Below, in pieces: positions 1-14,630 of a stretch of DNA of 64,000 bases. The notes under the pieces were generated by a model that was not told where the DNA came from, made no database searches, and worked only from the letters and a program-made list of their open reading frames with translations. Origin of the DNA: Eledone cirrhosa (lineage: Eukaryota); contig OZ024740.1 of the NCBI GenBank assembly GCA_964016885.1, positions 66,154,001 through 66,218,000 of the forward strand, given 5' to 3'. Position 1 is the stretch's first letter; every line of letters starts with the position of its first letter. A program made the translations under genes and the position numbers.

Positions 1-2600
1 AATACTCGCCCCTCCTCAGCCATGGACCCCACAGGGGGTCTATCGTAACCATTCGTGCGCCACGCACAACATGTGCAACATAGGAAGGAACTGCTCCAAC
101 AGTAACAGCTTCTTGCACTTCTCTTTCGTCAAACTCATCCGGCGCCCGTCGGGATGCCTTCACTGGTGGCATTGCACGACAAACCTTAACTAAGACGTGA
201 ACCTGCTCGACTCGGCCTAGGCTCTACTGGCAATCTCTCGCCATGGGCTGTGGCAGAGAATCATAAAAAGTATCCCCAGTGCCACTCACACACTTGCGGC
301 TGAAACACTAGTGACGTCCATCGATCAAGCGCTTGACTATGTCGACCCACATGACTGGACTGGTGATTCTCATACTCGAGGTCCTGATGGTAGGGAACCT
401 GGGAGCGGGAGAGTAATCGTGCCCACCCCGACTTCCAGGCTCATCTGCAATATCGCTTCTTTCTGCGACCCTTCACTTCCGATCATCTCAGCGTCCTGGT
501 GCTGCCTGCCAGTGCCAATATAGCACCCGGAGTAAAACATTGACAGCACGAAACACCTCCTGGAAACTAATTGAAGGCGACCAGTCGACGGTGGTAGATG
601 TGCTGGGCTCCAGCGATACTGTACTCCGCTCCATACCGGATATATTTTCAACGTTTCATCATAAATTTTCTGACACCACAGCTGACATAAGGGAAGTTCC
701 AGCCAATAATCTTTCTCAAGCTTTTTCAGGTGGGAACGTAGTAGCTGCCCTGAGAGTCTTACCAGGCAACAGTCACCTCAGATACCTTATCTCACCTCAC
801 GCTGCAGAGGCAGGAGCCCAATTGCTCTAGCCGATAACAGTCCTATCAACTGTCTCCCTCGTGCAACGGTGCCTTGTCATGCCTGCATTCTTTTCTTCTC
901 AGCCAGTTTGACCGCCCTTTAGAAGAATGGCAGTGGCGTCCAACCCATAGCATTGGGCATAGTCTTCCGACAACTTACAGCCAATATAACTAGCAAGTCA
1001 ATCAAAACTGTTTAGCCCGGAATCGGGTTCAAGCGCCGATGTTGCCATATATTTCATAGAGTGCGCACGTCCTTCGTCTCAACTCCTTTTGAAACTGGAT
1101 ATGAGGAGCACATTCAACAGCGTTAGGTGGAATCACGTCCTAGAGAAATGTCTCAAACGATCCCCCGCTCCATATAACCCCTCGCTCACCTCTCTTATGA
1201 AATAGCCAGCTCACACATGATCGCTGACAACAGGGTTGAATCTGCTTTGAGTGTCCAGCAAGGAGACTCACTTGGCCCGTTCCTCTTTGCGATGGCAGTC
1301 GACAACGTGTCCTGTTCTCTCTCCTTGTTCTTCAACATTTGATATCTGGAAGATGCGCCCCTGTGTAGCCCGGCTGAAACGGTAGTTGAGGACTTTCAAT
1401 TAATCACCCCAGCTTTAGCACTCCTCGGTCTCGAGATCAACCCATCCAAGTTCGAGCTGAGAAATATTAGCTACCGAGAGGCCGTATTCCACGATACCGT
1501 TCTTAGCATCCAACCTATCTTGTCCGAGGCTTGACTAACACCCACAGTCACCACTTCCATTCTCGGCTCTCCAATTCTCTTGAAAACGATAGGAGAGTGC
1601 CTGGAGACCAAACACGCAAACTTGTGTCTGGAGACCAAACATGCAAAATGGCAGCGATGCTGCGCTTCATTAAAATACACTCGTCACACTTCCTCTTGAG
1701 GAACTGCTTCTCCCTCTCCAAATTCTTGATCATTTTGTGAGGTTCAGCTTGTTAGTCCCTCGCAGATTATCTCGAAGAACTGGAAGCCACCATCAGATGA
1801 TGTGAAGAACTTATCTGAAATGTCAGTTTTTCAGCACTTGCAGGCAAAAACCTAAGATCCCACCGAGGTTCGGATTCTTCGGCCTCATGTCCGCTTCGTA
1901 TTCGGCACTACCGATCTACCTGTCTTCAATCTGCTTTAGTCACACTTTCATCAGCAAGGTCCTTAGCAAGACGGCCGAATATACGTGGATCCAGGGTTCG
2001 AGCAGGCTCTGGCCGACTAGTCAGGTGATGCCTCTCTGTCTCCCGGTAGACAAATGTCCAACGTAATTGTGACGACATTAAATGCAGATCTTCTTTCAGA
2101 CGGATCGAGTTTGGCTTGGACCAACACCTCTTCAGCTGCCTCTGTAAGCTTCACAGCCAAACGGTGGTGCGTGGATCAATTAGATGCCCTCCTCGTTTGC
2201 CGGTACCCTTTCAACGGAGTGTCCCACGTGTGTGAGCCTCATAAATGCCGTTAAGAGGCTTTCTTTGATATGTTTGTCCCGCGTCCAATGCTATGCCGCC
2301 AAATTGCAAGCCGGTTCAACCGATATACCGCTCTCCTATTGAGGACCCTTGATCCAGCTGGCTTCCCATAATAACTGGTGCCAGCAGGCCTCGACGGCGG
2401 AGAAAACAACCGCCCCGACGGAATTACCCTCTTCCTAATCAAAGGAGGTACATCGCTCACCTGAGACGTTACATGTCTTACGTCCTTCGCCTCCAACTTT
2501 GTCACTTCAGCCAGGAACCCTGGTAGAGCGGCCCGCGATGCAGAGGAAAGGAAGACAAAAATATCGGGGATTGTCCGTGGGGCGCAGCACCAACACTACA
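1..2600 (+). mobile_element. Decayed CRE-clade-like non-LTR retrotransposon (RT plus restriction-like endonuclease)
   Basis: Manual translation across stops and frameshifts: FFSASLTAL..GVQPIALGIVFRQL (~890-980), VQQGDSLGPFLFAMAVD (~1253-1305), *YLEDA (WYLDD-like, ~1340), LGLEINPSKFEL (~1425), RPDGITLF..GGTSLT*DVTC (~2410-2475, RLE motif). Confidence 0.75.
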
Positions 2601-3265
2601 GTGGTCCCATAGTCTTTGCTTCCCCCCTCATTTTCGTCTCATTTATGACTTTTGTAGTCCTTTCTTCTACAAACCCATAAAACCAGATCTGCCCTTCATT
2701 ATACATTCCTAATTTTCTCATTACTAATTTTGCTTTTATCTTTTTTTACGTGAACTTTTGTAATTTTATTTATGTAACTGTGAATAATTTTTTTTCTTAT
2801 TGTTTACAACATAATTAAGTGAATACTAAGGGAGGGTAACATGGGGTAAAATTATATGTATTGATACTACAGGCACGCCACTTACACAGGTATTATAAGG
2901 AGTTTTAAAAGTGTTTTCTAGAAAGGCATGAATAAATAGTTCAATAGATGATTCAATAAATGGAATGGAGTAAACTAAAGTAAAATTTAGAGTGCAGCGG
3001 AATGAGTAGGAGGGTAGATGAATGGATAATATATGGCGCGTAGTACATGCAGGTGCACGTGTGCATGCTCACAGAAGTATAAGCACATTCAGAAATGCAC
3101 GCATATATGTGTACATACAAACACAAGCACATGCCCACGCAGACCCACAATCCCACATGTATGCCCACATCTATGGTATATAACATGCATATAATACGGA
3201 CATGCACTGATGTGAGCTGCATATACTGGTTCGCTCATATATTGCACACGTGCAATGCATAGTCG

Positions 3266-3349
<84 letters not shown>

Positions 3350-3354
<5 letters not shown>

Positions 3355-3525
3355 ATTAATAAATGGAAACTATATTTATAAAACCATATTTATTTTATTA
3401 TATATATTTCAAGGGTACCAACAAAACTTTGGTACGCACTCATCACATATATAAAATTTGTTTTATAGATAGTGACATACCCGATAAACTAGAACTTATC
3501 GGTTCAGGTTCCAAATGGAACATGA

Positions 3526-3530
<5 letters not shown>
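3350..3530 (-). mobile_element. Solo PLE terminal-repeat fragment with degenerate hammerhead (3392-3457)
   Basis: First ~60 nt nearly identical to 4591-4650. Minus strand reads GTGATGA-gtgcgtacca..tggtacccttGAAA-tatata-TA. Flanked by (TA)n on both sides. Confidence 0.55.
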
Positions 3531-3619
<89 letters not shown>

Positions 3620-3623
<4 letters not shown>

Positions 3624-3701
3624 TCTACTATTGGCACAAGACTAGTAATATACCAGTAATGTATTGGGATAATTGCAAGTCTTGTGCCAAAAGTAGAAAC
3701 T
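3620..3701. repeat. Palindrome formed from two SINE 3' ends
   Basis: gtttctactattggcacaagact...agtcttgtgccaaaagtagaaac; the arms match the SINE tail at 26940-26970. Confidence 0.7.
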
Positions 3702-3711
3702 ATATGTATAT

Positions 3712-4536
<825 letters not shown>

Positions 4537-4553
4537 ATATAGACTATCGAGCG

Positions 4554-4590
<37 letters not shown>

Positions 4591-4630
4591 GATATTAAAT
4601 AAATGGAAACTATATTTATAAAACCATATT

Positions 4631-4696
4631 TATTTCATTATATATATTTCAGGGATATCATATTAAAAATATGGTATGCCTACATCAGACAAAATA
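4631..4696 (-). ncRNA. Type I hammerhead motif, core A9 mutated
   Basis: tattttgt-CTGATGT-aggcataccatat..atatgatatccct-GAAA-tatata-TA-atgaaata; stems I and II pair, stem III is palindromic. Confidence 0.6.
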
Positions 4697-4952
4697 CAAT
4701 ATAAACAGTCTTATAAATAGATAGATTTGACATACCTTACAACTTCAACTTCCATTTAAAAAGTTGATTTGGTAGTGAAAAATGTTAGGGACAGTTATAA
4801 AAAGAAAGAAAGAAAGCGAAGAAAAAGCGAAGAAAAAGAAGAAATGCATGCAACGAAAAACAGAGAGAGATAGATATAGAGAGATAGATAGAGAGAAGAA
4901 ATTCATGTAAAGAAAAACAGAGAGAGATAGGTAGAGAGAGACAAAAAAACAG

Positions 4953-4987
<35 letters not shown>

Positions 4988-5089
4988 AGAGAGAGAGAGA
5001 AACAAATAGAGAGAGATAGATATAGATAGAGATAGAGAGAAAGAAAATAGGTAGTTGGGCACCAGTTGAATGACGTATCAATGATATAT

Positions 5090-5120
<31 letters not shown>

Positions 5121-6110
5121 GTTCTAGTATTAAGGTAGAGAGAGATATATGTGGTTAGGAGAGAAAACAGCCGTTACATAGAGAGAAAAGAAAAATATCC
5201 TGAGATAAACGAGGCAGATTTAAAACATTATGTTTCATCAATCTAAAAATATCAATTCGTATGAATTAGGTATTATAATGTAAATATCAGTATTCATGAA
5301 TGAGACACGTATCAATAATGTGTGAAAAATAATGATCATATGTCTAGTTTAAAATTCCTAGGTTTATAATCAGAACTGAGTTAAAAAAACTGAGTTAAAA
5401 AACTGAGATAAAAAAACTGAGATAAAAAACTTCAAAAAAAATTGAAATACATAAGTATATATGCACTTTCATGAAAAAAGAAAAAGAAAATAGAAGGTTA
5501 TCCCAGATTCGATACTATAGACATCCATGTGAATTTACGTGATCAACTCTGCAAATTCCTATTTCACATGAAAACATTCTCATTGTGCTATAAAAATTCT
5601 AGTATACATATATGTGTACATACACACAAATATATATAGAATCTACATTCATTTTAACAATACTATTCTTGTCTTTACACTACATGATTATCGTTCAAGA
5701 ATAAATAGACAACAGATATCAATATATCAATAAAAATATTAAAAAATTAAAAAATATTAAAAATAAAACACAGTATGCCCCGCAAATCAACCACATAAAT
5801 CAACCCTTCAAAATTAATTGACAATATATTGCCAAGTTCATTATAAGCATCAGAATCAAAAGCAAACAAAACCAAAATTATTTACCAAATCCTGTCTAGC
5901 AGAAATCATTCCAAAAGTTTAGGATACCCATTTGATCTACAGATGGTCTTATATTTATTATAGAAGTTTATCTAGTGTAAAATTTATTCGATATATTTGG
6001 AGCATCAGCTTTTAGGGTAGTTTAATTATTCATGAAGAATGTTTAAAAAAAAGAAATCGAAAGATTTATCGGCGAGTTTCATAATTAATTACAAATCATA
6101 AGTAAATATA

Positions 6111-7993
6111 CTACATTTTAAATTTATATTTATATTTAAAAGTTGAGTTCAATCTATGTCTGCAGCAACTGAATAAATTTGTCCGTAAATTAAGGGAATT
6201 TTTAGATTTTAGTATAAAGAATATCTCCTCCGCGCATAGGTCACATGTCTCAGAGGATGAATTAAAAGGAATCCCTCTTGAGACTATATTCCAAGCCGTC
6301 GAATATCCAACGTTATCATGCTTAAGTTGCCAGAGTAAGCCTGATAGTGATGTTGAAGATTTTTTGCTTGGATCCGTGAAAGAATTCTTGTGGTTATTAT
6401 AGCGAAGTTTAAATTCTGTCGAGGTGGAACCAACATAGTTAAAAGAATTTAAGTCCGTTTTAACATTACAGTTGTATATTATATTTTTAACTAAGCAATT
6501 GTTATTTAACGGACATTTAGATCTATCTCTACAGTTACATTTGTTTAATTGAATATTGTTTAGGCTATTATCGGTAATTTGGCTAGGTTTTAGATTCCTA
6601 TTATTTATTCTGTTAATATTTTGTGCTAAATTTTTGGTGGACGAGTAAGTTAATTTTATAGTATGTCTATTAAAAATTGAGTGATATTTATGTGTTCTAG
6701 GGAAGCGTTTGTCAAGAGCATTAAAAAATAGTTTAGCAATGTGGGTTTTAATATTTAGTGAGAAGGGGGGGGCAAACCATATTATATTTCTAGTTCTATT
6801 TCTTTTTTGGCTTTTGGAATTATTGTAATGCTTTCTATTATAGTTGTTAAAGTTGTTGCCGTAATTAAAATTGTTGTTATTTTGGTTAGTTTGTCTATTA
6901 TTATCTATGTACATAATGTTATCACTATATCCTGCTCTAGCTAACGCTTCATTGTAATACTGGGCTTTTTCGTCGAAAATCTTTTTATTAGATGAGATTC
7001 TAGAGATACGTTTTTGAACAGAGTTCACTGTAGTATTTTTAACAGATCTGGGGTGGTTAGAGTTAAAACTGACATAGTTTAAGTTTTCATTCAACTTGTG
7101 AAATGGATAGTGAAGACATGTGTTGAGATTTAATGTTACATCTAGGAAATTGACTATTCTATGGTTATTCTCAATTTCTATTTTTAGATTAAAGTAATTA
7201 AAAATTGTGTAATTTGTTTTCTTTTTCTATTTAGTTCAGAGTTATTATTTTCAATAAGTAAAAGCATGTCATCTCTATATAATCCTCCGGTAGCACCGGG
7301 TATTTTCCTATGCAGCGAATTGATTAAAAATAAGCCCACAAGGTCAGTTACCTGAGCTGAGTCGGATGATCCCATAGTAATGTCGAAATTGTTATCTCTA
7401 TCTGCTCTGGTCCATAGTTGGTTATTAAATTCTATCAATGTTTTCCTAGCCGATAATATAATGTGCATTTCATTGCTAGTTAGGTCTGTATGTTTGAATG
7501 CGTAATTTAGTGCCTTATTTAGTAGATTAGGGGTAATAGATGAATAATAGTTAGCAATATATAGTTGAATAAATTTATTATTATTGTTATATTTAATTTC
7601 ATTAAACCACTCAATAACCTCTCCAGTTCCCTTCCACAAGCTCAAGTTAGGTAAACAATTCAAGTTTTTAATTTGCTGTATCACCCTGTCTAGAATGTTT
7701 TTGCTAAGTTTACCCAGGTCAGATTTTGATGGTGCAATCAATCTGACTGGCAGGTCATTTTCAAAATTTCTTTTGTGATCTTTCATATTGATCTTGGGTT
7801 TCCTGGGCACGAAAGGTTGTGTTTTGTTCTCAATTTCCAACTCATGCATTATACAAGATGCCTCAACATTCATTTTCTCAAGCTCGGCCTTATCTGCTAC
7901 CTTGTACTTTTTCCTCAGTTCTTTCAGTATGAGGCCATTATACATGTCTTTTTGCACTCCATAGAGGTTGTTGGTCTTGTCAGATTTCACCAA
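6111..7993 (-). pseudogene. PLE reverse transcriptase / GIY-YIG endonuclease ORF, frameshifted near 7184
   Basis: Two adjacent ORFs that together align with the 31972-33720 protein. Confidence 0.85.
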
Positions 7994-8035
7994 GATCTTC
8001 TCAGTTTTCTCTAAGCTCTCAATATTATCCTACAT

Positions 8036-8492
8036 TGGTTTTTATGTTGAGTGAAAAGGGAGAACCAGATATTTTGTCTATTGATGCGCTTACTTTTCTT
8101 AATGGTGTTGTTGCTAGTGGGAGAGTAGGTCATAGGTTGTGAGAAGCCGCTGTTAGCCAAAGCTGTGTTATAGTAGGGTGCCGGCCTGTCAAAGATAGCC
8201 TTATTAGAGGAGAGGTTTGAGATTCCATTACTGATATTCTTAACGAAGTTTCTAAAAACAGTGGGAGAGTGACATGAGTCCTTGTGAATGTAATTAAGTT
8301 TCTCGTTTAGATTATGGAAGGGTGTGTGGGTGTGTGTGCGAAGTTCTAAATTAATGTCTAAGAAATCTATGCTAGAGAGGTTGGTGGCTACTGTATCCTA
8401 AGGCCTAACTCATTGAAGTTTGAAGCTAAGTCTTTTTCAAACCGGTCGAGATCGTGACCACTTTTATGGCTCGATAAATCGGTCCATCGTCA
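8036..8492 (-). mobile_element. Internal RT fragment of PLE family B
   Basis: Clearly similar to 39160-39420 and, as reverse complement, to 39605-40005. Confidence 0.8.
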
Positions 8493-8635
8493 CATATATA
8501 TATATATATATATATATAATTCGTGTGGGATTCTTAAAGCGTCAGTAAGCAGTATGCCGTTTGAGCACTCGATGTTCTTACAGAGCAGAGTATAATATCA
8601 TAGAATAAACAGAGAATCAGTGTTGCGACGAATAT

Positions 8636-8739
8636 GATTTATTAGACATATTAACATCCTTTCTCTGGCGACCAGCTCGAGCCACGATCGATGCAATGAT
8701 CAAACCTGACTCTGAAATCGCAAGATCCTCAGATAAGTC
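8636..8739 (-). ncRNA. Type I hammerhead motif in a ~260-bp TA-flanked island
   Basis: gacttat-CTGAGGA-tcttgcgat...gtcgccaga-GAAA-ggatgttaatatgtc-TA-ataaatc. Confidence 0.6.
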
Positions 8740-8774
8740 TCGATTCCTGGATTCCTCTCAGGAATTAAGCCTGG

Positions 8775-8809
<35 letters not shown>

Positions 8810-8911
8810 GGTATGGATATTCCAACAGGCACTAAGTACCTATAGAAATAGGCATGGAGTTTATAATAGTTGTGGTTCGATGGTACTAATTTGAGATATC
8901 AGAACTATAAA

Positions 8912-9603
8912 AATGAGCGGAACAAGAAATCATCAAACAACCTTTTAATAAATTAAAACACGATTTAAATATTCACCGTTATATTCATCTATTGCCGTTA
9001 CCGACAGTTTCACTAATCAAAAAATTGGACATTCAGAAAATGCGCTGCTATTTTTAGCGGATGATCAGCAAGATTATAATATCCCGTTTTTACTGATGGC
9101 CTATTTTTGTGCGTAAGTCACTTTAACGGATTGACCGTATGCAACGGGCAGGAAGCGAAATATTAACTTACTATGGGGCTTTATACCCCTATAGTATGGA
9201 AATAGCTGTCTGAAGATCTAATTTTTTCCATTGGAAATTCTCTGACTTTCCAATCTTTTTATTAGTGAAATCGATGGTAACGGCAATAGAACAGGTGAAT
9301 ATTTAAATCGTGTTTTAATTTATTTAAAAGATTGTTTGATGATTATTTGTTCCGCTCATTTATATATATATATATATATACAGGGAAAAATGCGGGCGCA
9401 TGTAAAGAAATATTCTTAAATTAATAAACCTAGAAAAGTAAAGGACAAGTTATTACACCTGGAAAAGTAAAGGACAAGACAACTTGTCGTTACCGTCGAT
9501 TTCACTAATAAAAAGATTGGAAATTCAGAGAATTTCCAATGGAAAAAATTAGATCTTCAGACAGCTATTTCCATACTATAGGGGTGTAAAGCCCCATAGT
9601 AAG
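8912..9603. mobile_element. ORF-less HHR-bearing element with inverted arms (8912-9040 vs 9235-9360) and an extra inverted copy (9485-9603)
   Basis: Reverse-complement matches seen directly; bounded by TA tracts. Confidence 0.7.
9205..9284 (+). ncRNA. Type I hammerhead motif
   Basis: gctgt-CTGAAGA-tctaat...attagt-GAAA-tcgatgg-TA-acggc; second copy on minus strand at ~9487-9566; stem III imperfect. Confidence 0.6.
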
Positions 9604-10004
9604 TAGATTTTTTTTATAATATAGTAAAATTCAACATCTTAAGGGGCAAAATTAGGTAAAAGTCAATTCATCAATTATTCATTTATAGTGAATCAATCAA
9701 TTATAGCGAATTCATCAATTCATTAGATGAACTGTTGAATTAGACAATGTTTAATTTTTAATTGTAGTCTAATTTTACTCTACCTAAAAATGTAGCGTTA
9801 ATATAATACAAAATTACTTTTAACTGTGGTTGTTTTTATAAAAGAAATTTTAATTTAAAACGAAAACAATATATTTATGAAAACAATATATATATATATA
9901 TATATATATATTGTTCCAAATTAAATAAAAACGCGATGAGTAAAGGAAAGATTTTCTTTATTTATTTCATGTCTTTTACTCCTTTTTGCTTTTCATTAAT
10001 TTTA

Positions 10005-10140
10005 TTGGCATTATCGTAGAGCGTCAGACACTATGCTTTGCAGCATTACGTTATGATTTCAAATCCTGCCGAGGTTTACTCTGACATTCCTCCTTACGCG
10101 TTTGATAAATTAAAGCACCAGTAATACACTGGGGTATTTA
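10005..10140 (+). mobile_element. Degenerate tRNA-type SINE
   Basis: ttcaaatcctgccgagg..ccttacgcgtttgataaattaaagcaccagtaatacactgggg resembles 26780-26970. Confidence 0.65.
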
Positions 10141-10753
10141 TTGCGTTAAGAAACTTTAAAATCTTTTCTTGGTAGGTAGGTACATGTTAGCATAAGCGGA
10201 CCCAACATTTGTACCAATTTCCTGCGCTCACTTCGCTGACTTTGCCATGTGAAGCCTTAGATGATTTTAGTTTTTAGGAACACATGGAACACTGTCAGCA
10301 ATCGTTTAATTATGGGATCATTCTTATTCCATAAATAATTATGTACATACGAATTAAAATTTTGCGATCTGATTGTAAGGAAATCCACGCACAATGAGTA
10401 TCTAAAATCTCTACATAAACTTATCAAGACACACAAAAGGAAATAAATGAATAGAAAGATAAAGGAAACGGAAAAATGGGGAAGAAAGTTTTGAACTATG
10501 GGCGGCTATATTAAACAATGAGAATAACAAACACATATGAAATACAATTATATGAATAATCAAACAAACTTACAAATACAAAACAGAGGATTAAGTATAC
10601 GATTGTAACGAATATGTATGTAGTTGGATATATATGTATCTATATATATATACATAGACACACACAGATGAATATATATATATACATACATAGACACACA
10701 CACACATGTATATATATATATACATACATAGACCCATACACACGCACACAGAC

Positions 10754-10808
<55 letters not shown>

Positions 10809-11579
10809 CAATAGTGGTCTATTCAAAATTAGCGTGATCCAAAAAGGCATTGTTGTTATCTCTCTATATTTCAAATTCTATAAAATATAGAAACCTACGT
10901 CAATACAAATAATAAGAAGCAGAATAACGTCTTTTGTTGTAGGATGTATTAATTATTAAATATAGTTTGACATATTCTAAAGGCAATATTTGTTCAATAT
11001 TACAAACTAAATTTGAATAGAAATAAAATATTTTGGCTATCGAAATTTTTCTGCCTTGCATGAACCCTTTGATATTTGAGTAAAACTTTAAACATTAATT
11101 CACCGATGAATCCAAATGTATGCATCGATGCAAATAAATATAATTTAATTTACTACTTTGTTCTGCTTTCAAATGGAAGACATATATTTAGAAGCACGTC
11201 ACAATTATAACATTAATGTTTTCAGATAGAAAATTTATTTCTATATTGAAAGTCGCTCATTTGTTGTGAGATACTATTCCAATACATTTAAAGACTTATA
11301 TTTATCAGGTATCACATGGATATATATAATATAACTTTGAAAACTTCGATAAGTTTCGGTCAATATTTGCTCAGCTCATGTCTAACTTAACATCTTAACA
11401 TCACCTAGCGAAGTCTTTAAAATCATGATTTGGGCACCATGACCCCTTGAAGTAGAAATTTATGAAAACACATCCGGGTGTTGCAGTTCTATCTGAGATT
11501 TCTAAAAGGAACTTTTCCAAAGACCTTTTGAATTTTATGGTATCTGTTTCTGTGTTATGTGTTTTGGTGTAATGTTAAA

Positions 11580-14500
11580 GATGGCGTGACGATTTGGAGG
11601 TGTAATAATTGTTCCGTAATGATATAAATTGCGAGTTTCATTTTGTCATAGGCGGATAGCACGGGGCCCAAGCCATAAGTGTATTCTAATGGTAATGCCT
11701 ACTACCATTCGAAGCGGATACTGGGACTCATTATCTCGAAATGATGATGAGGATGAACACTAACTACCAAAAAAGCGACGAAAATACAAGAAAAAGAAAT
11801 AGAAAACATCTGAAATCACACCCATGAAACAGAAAACACCATACACACAAACACAAACTCATTCACATATAATCAAATCAAAGGCCACCAACACTACCAG
11901 TGGCACCGCCAGCAACACAATCAGGCAAACGCCAACAAAGAGTTGATGGGCCTCATATCAGGAAAAATAAGAAGAAAAGAGATTAGAAGAGATGGGGGTG
12001 CTTTGCCAATGGCAACTTCAAGAGGACACAAACACTTATGAGGGTGCGAATACCAACATATGTTTACAAAGCCATTATTGAAAGTATTGCATGTGACTTG
12101 GAAACATTTAGTTTGAATACCAGAAGCAGTCTTTTAAAGGGTTCAAAAAAGAAACCCCACCAAATATGTGAGTCAAATCACGCTAAATCCTGGATCACCC
12201 AAAAGTTAAGTTGACCGCTCTGTTTCCTCCCTTGATTACTCAACATGGTTATCATAAATGTATGTTGCATGAATGTTTGTGGCCAGGGCTCATCCTGGAA
12301 GCAAGGTCACTTGCTGAACAACCTCAGGCCACAAGCTTTCATTTTCGACGACTATCAGATCAACTCGTCTTTTATTTAGCCGAGAATGAGAGGTGGTAGT
12401 GCTGTTTAAGAAAGACCTGGATCTTAATGTACGGCTGATCTTTTTGGATGCAGACTCTGAGTTGGTGGTAATAGACGTAAGCAATAACGAAGGTGGTACC
12501 CTTAGATTAAGGGCCATCTACGCATCGACAGACGCGGGACGGTTCGATCTATTTAGGCTTTTGAAATCCTTTCTGGGAACATCTCATTCTTTACTGTTAG
12601 CGGTGTACAGGAACTGAATCTTGGAAGCATGCTGGGATTGTGTGAGAGAAACTGGTAGAAATGGAGTCAGCAAACACCTCACGTACCTGACCAGCCAGTT
12701 CCAACTGTGTAACAGGTAACGATCTAAATCCCCGTAGGTGCCAGTGTTGATCTGGCAGAACCGCATAGAGTCATCTAGACCTTATACAGATATACTTTCC
12801 ATTATTAGGATAGCATATGTTGTCCACAAATGCAAACGGTCTCCTATTTGGATCACAAATGTGTGGTAGGCATGGACATCCTATATACAATACGTAGGCA
12901 AGGACCTGGTTACTGGAAGTTTAACGCATCATTCCAGGCGCATAGAGGTTACAGACACCGAGTCACCATTCTTTAGTTAAGTAGAAGTTGACAGAATGTG
13001 TTGTCAACAACAGGTGATGGGTGCTCTCAGGAGAGAGATTAGAGTAGAATCTATAACATTTAGTAAAGAAGTAACAATAGAAAAGTAGAAACTAGTGGAA
13101 TGCGTAGTTAAATTAAAAGAGGCAGTTAGATGTGGAATTGCAACAGACGTGCTTGTGGCAAGAATGGCATTAGACAGCTTTTTAAATGTAAAACATGTAA
13201 GTTGTATTGTGAGGGTTAAAACAAATGCTTTAAGCAACGACGAACGAAATTGTTCAATGGGCCCGAGTGGCAAAGCCACAACTTGGTCTTTGACGAACTG
13301 GGACGAGCGTGTACCGAATGATATTGAATGATTAAAATCAAATCCGAGCGGCTTTTTGCCAGCAGTTTCGGAGGAATCCGGGGACCAGAGAAAGTAGTGG
13401 ACATCTGTTTCTACCACGAGGGTCTACTGTTATTCCCACCAGATGATGCGGAGTACTGCTAATGGCCGATAGCATCAGTCGAGATCCGTAATGCCTTCAT
13501 CTGCTGCACGATACGCAAGTCGGTCGGTATAAATGGTTTGCCCTACGAGTTTTACGTAGAAATGTCAGACATATTCAACGATCTTCTTGAAACCGATTCC
13601 TTCAACTGGCTGCAGAACGGGAGAGTTCCCTGTTCTGTGAGTCTGAGCCTAATAACACTGATGAGCAATGACGAGAAAAAGAGCGTAGTGTCAGATAACA
13701 TCAAGCTCATAACACTGCTCCACACAGAGTTTAAAATTTCGACCAAGTTGTTAGCCAAGTAGGTGGTCCTTGTATTCCTTTTTCAGTACATGCTCACTCT
13801 CGAACTATTACTGCGGAAGCTGGAGCTGTTGTATAGCATTCTTCTCTAACCGGGGCGTGGAAAGGCTGGGTCGGTATATGGGAAAATCTCCATGATTGTG
13901 TCGAACACCTAACAAATCGAGGTGATCGCTATCTTCTTACAAGTATACCAAAGATTCACCGGAGCTAAAGTGGACCCAGAAAAGTCGGTGCGTTTGTAAC
14001 TTGGCACCTGGTGAGGCAAATCCATGCCATTCAACAGCGTCGTCAAACGCTGGACGGAAGGATCCTAGAAGTTTCTCGGTGTTTGCACGGACTCATTACG
14101 TATTCGTGCATTTTAGACTTGTGGATTTTTTTATCAAATAGCTCTTGTCGTGTTTAGGATAGATCCAGTTATAAACTAAGTCCATAGTGACGTTCGCCCT
14201 CAACTTCTTATACCTGGTTGGCTGTAGCGATAGTGGTTCTGTGGTGGACGTGGCTGTAAAGACTATATATAGAATTGTTTACCCTCATTAACTTCTTTCA
14301 GGGTTGATGGTGGAGAGGGAAGAGTTGCTTTCCACTATATTGTTAAGAAGTGAGTGAATATATGAAGAATGACCCATGTGAACCGGCCTGCTCTGACTGT
14401 GTTTCTATAGCCTGAGTAATTTCGAAAGGAGATGGTCACCCTGGTAGGCTCATCTTTAAGAGGAAAGTGACTCAGGTTTTGTGGGGCTTCTACATCAGCC

Positions 14501-14630
14501 CTGGCCAGTACTCCCGCTATTGGGACATTTTCATTGTTTTATTTACATTCTTAGGTGTTATTGATTTCTTCTTTTTACTCGATTTTTCTGTAATCAACCA
14601 CTGTCCCTGTTTTTGTATTGTCCCATAGTG
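11580..14630 (+). mobile_element. Old, internally deleted L1/Tx1-clade LINE, related to 18668-24300
   Basis: APE remnant (VVLFKKDLDLNVRLIFLD..LVVIDV..LRAIYAST), GPGYWKFN (~12900), GLPYEFY (~13535), KLITLLHTEFKI..KLLAK; 3' region 14270-14630 resembles the reverse complement of 18730-19100. Left boundary approximate. Confidence 0.8.

Larger units (their letters stand above)
4590..8035 (-). mobile_element. 5'-truncated Penelope-like element, family A
   Basis: ORFs 7184-7993 (RT: SDKT, RLIAP, ITMGS, LYRDD) and 6111-7094 (IIWFAPPF, CNC..CPL..C, IIY..YVG GIY-YIG, CDLC..CCRH), then a long 3' UTR ending in an HHR motif and (TA)n. Confidence 0.9.

Noticed and set aside
10845-10910. HHR-like relic on the minus strand
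   Set aside because: Two core mismatches (TTGACGT) and no clear stem III; too degenerate to call.
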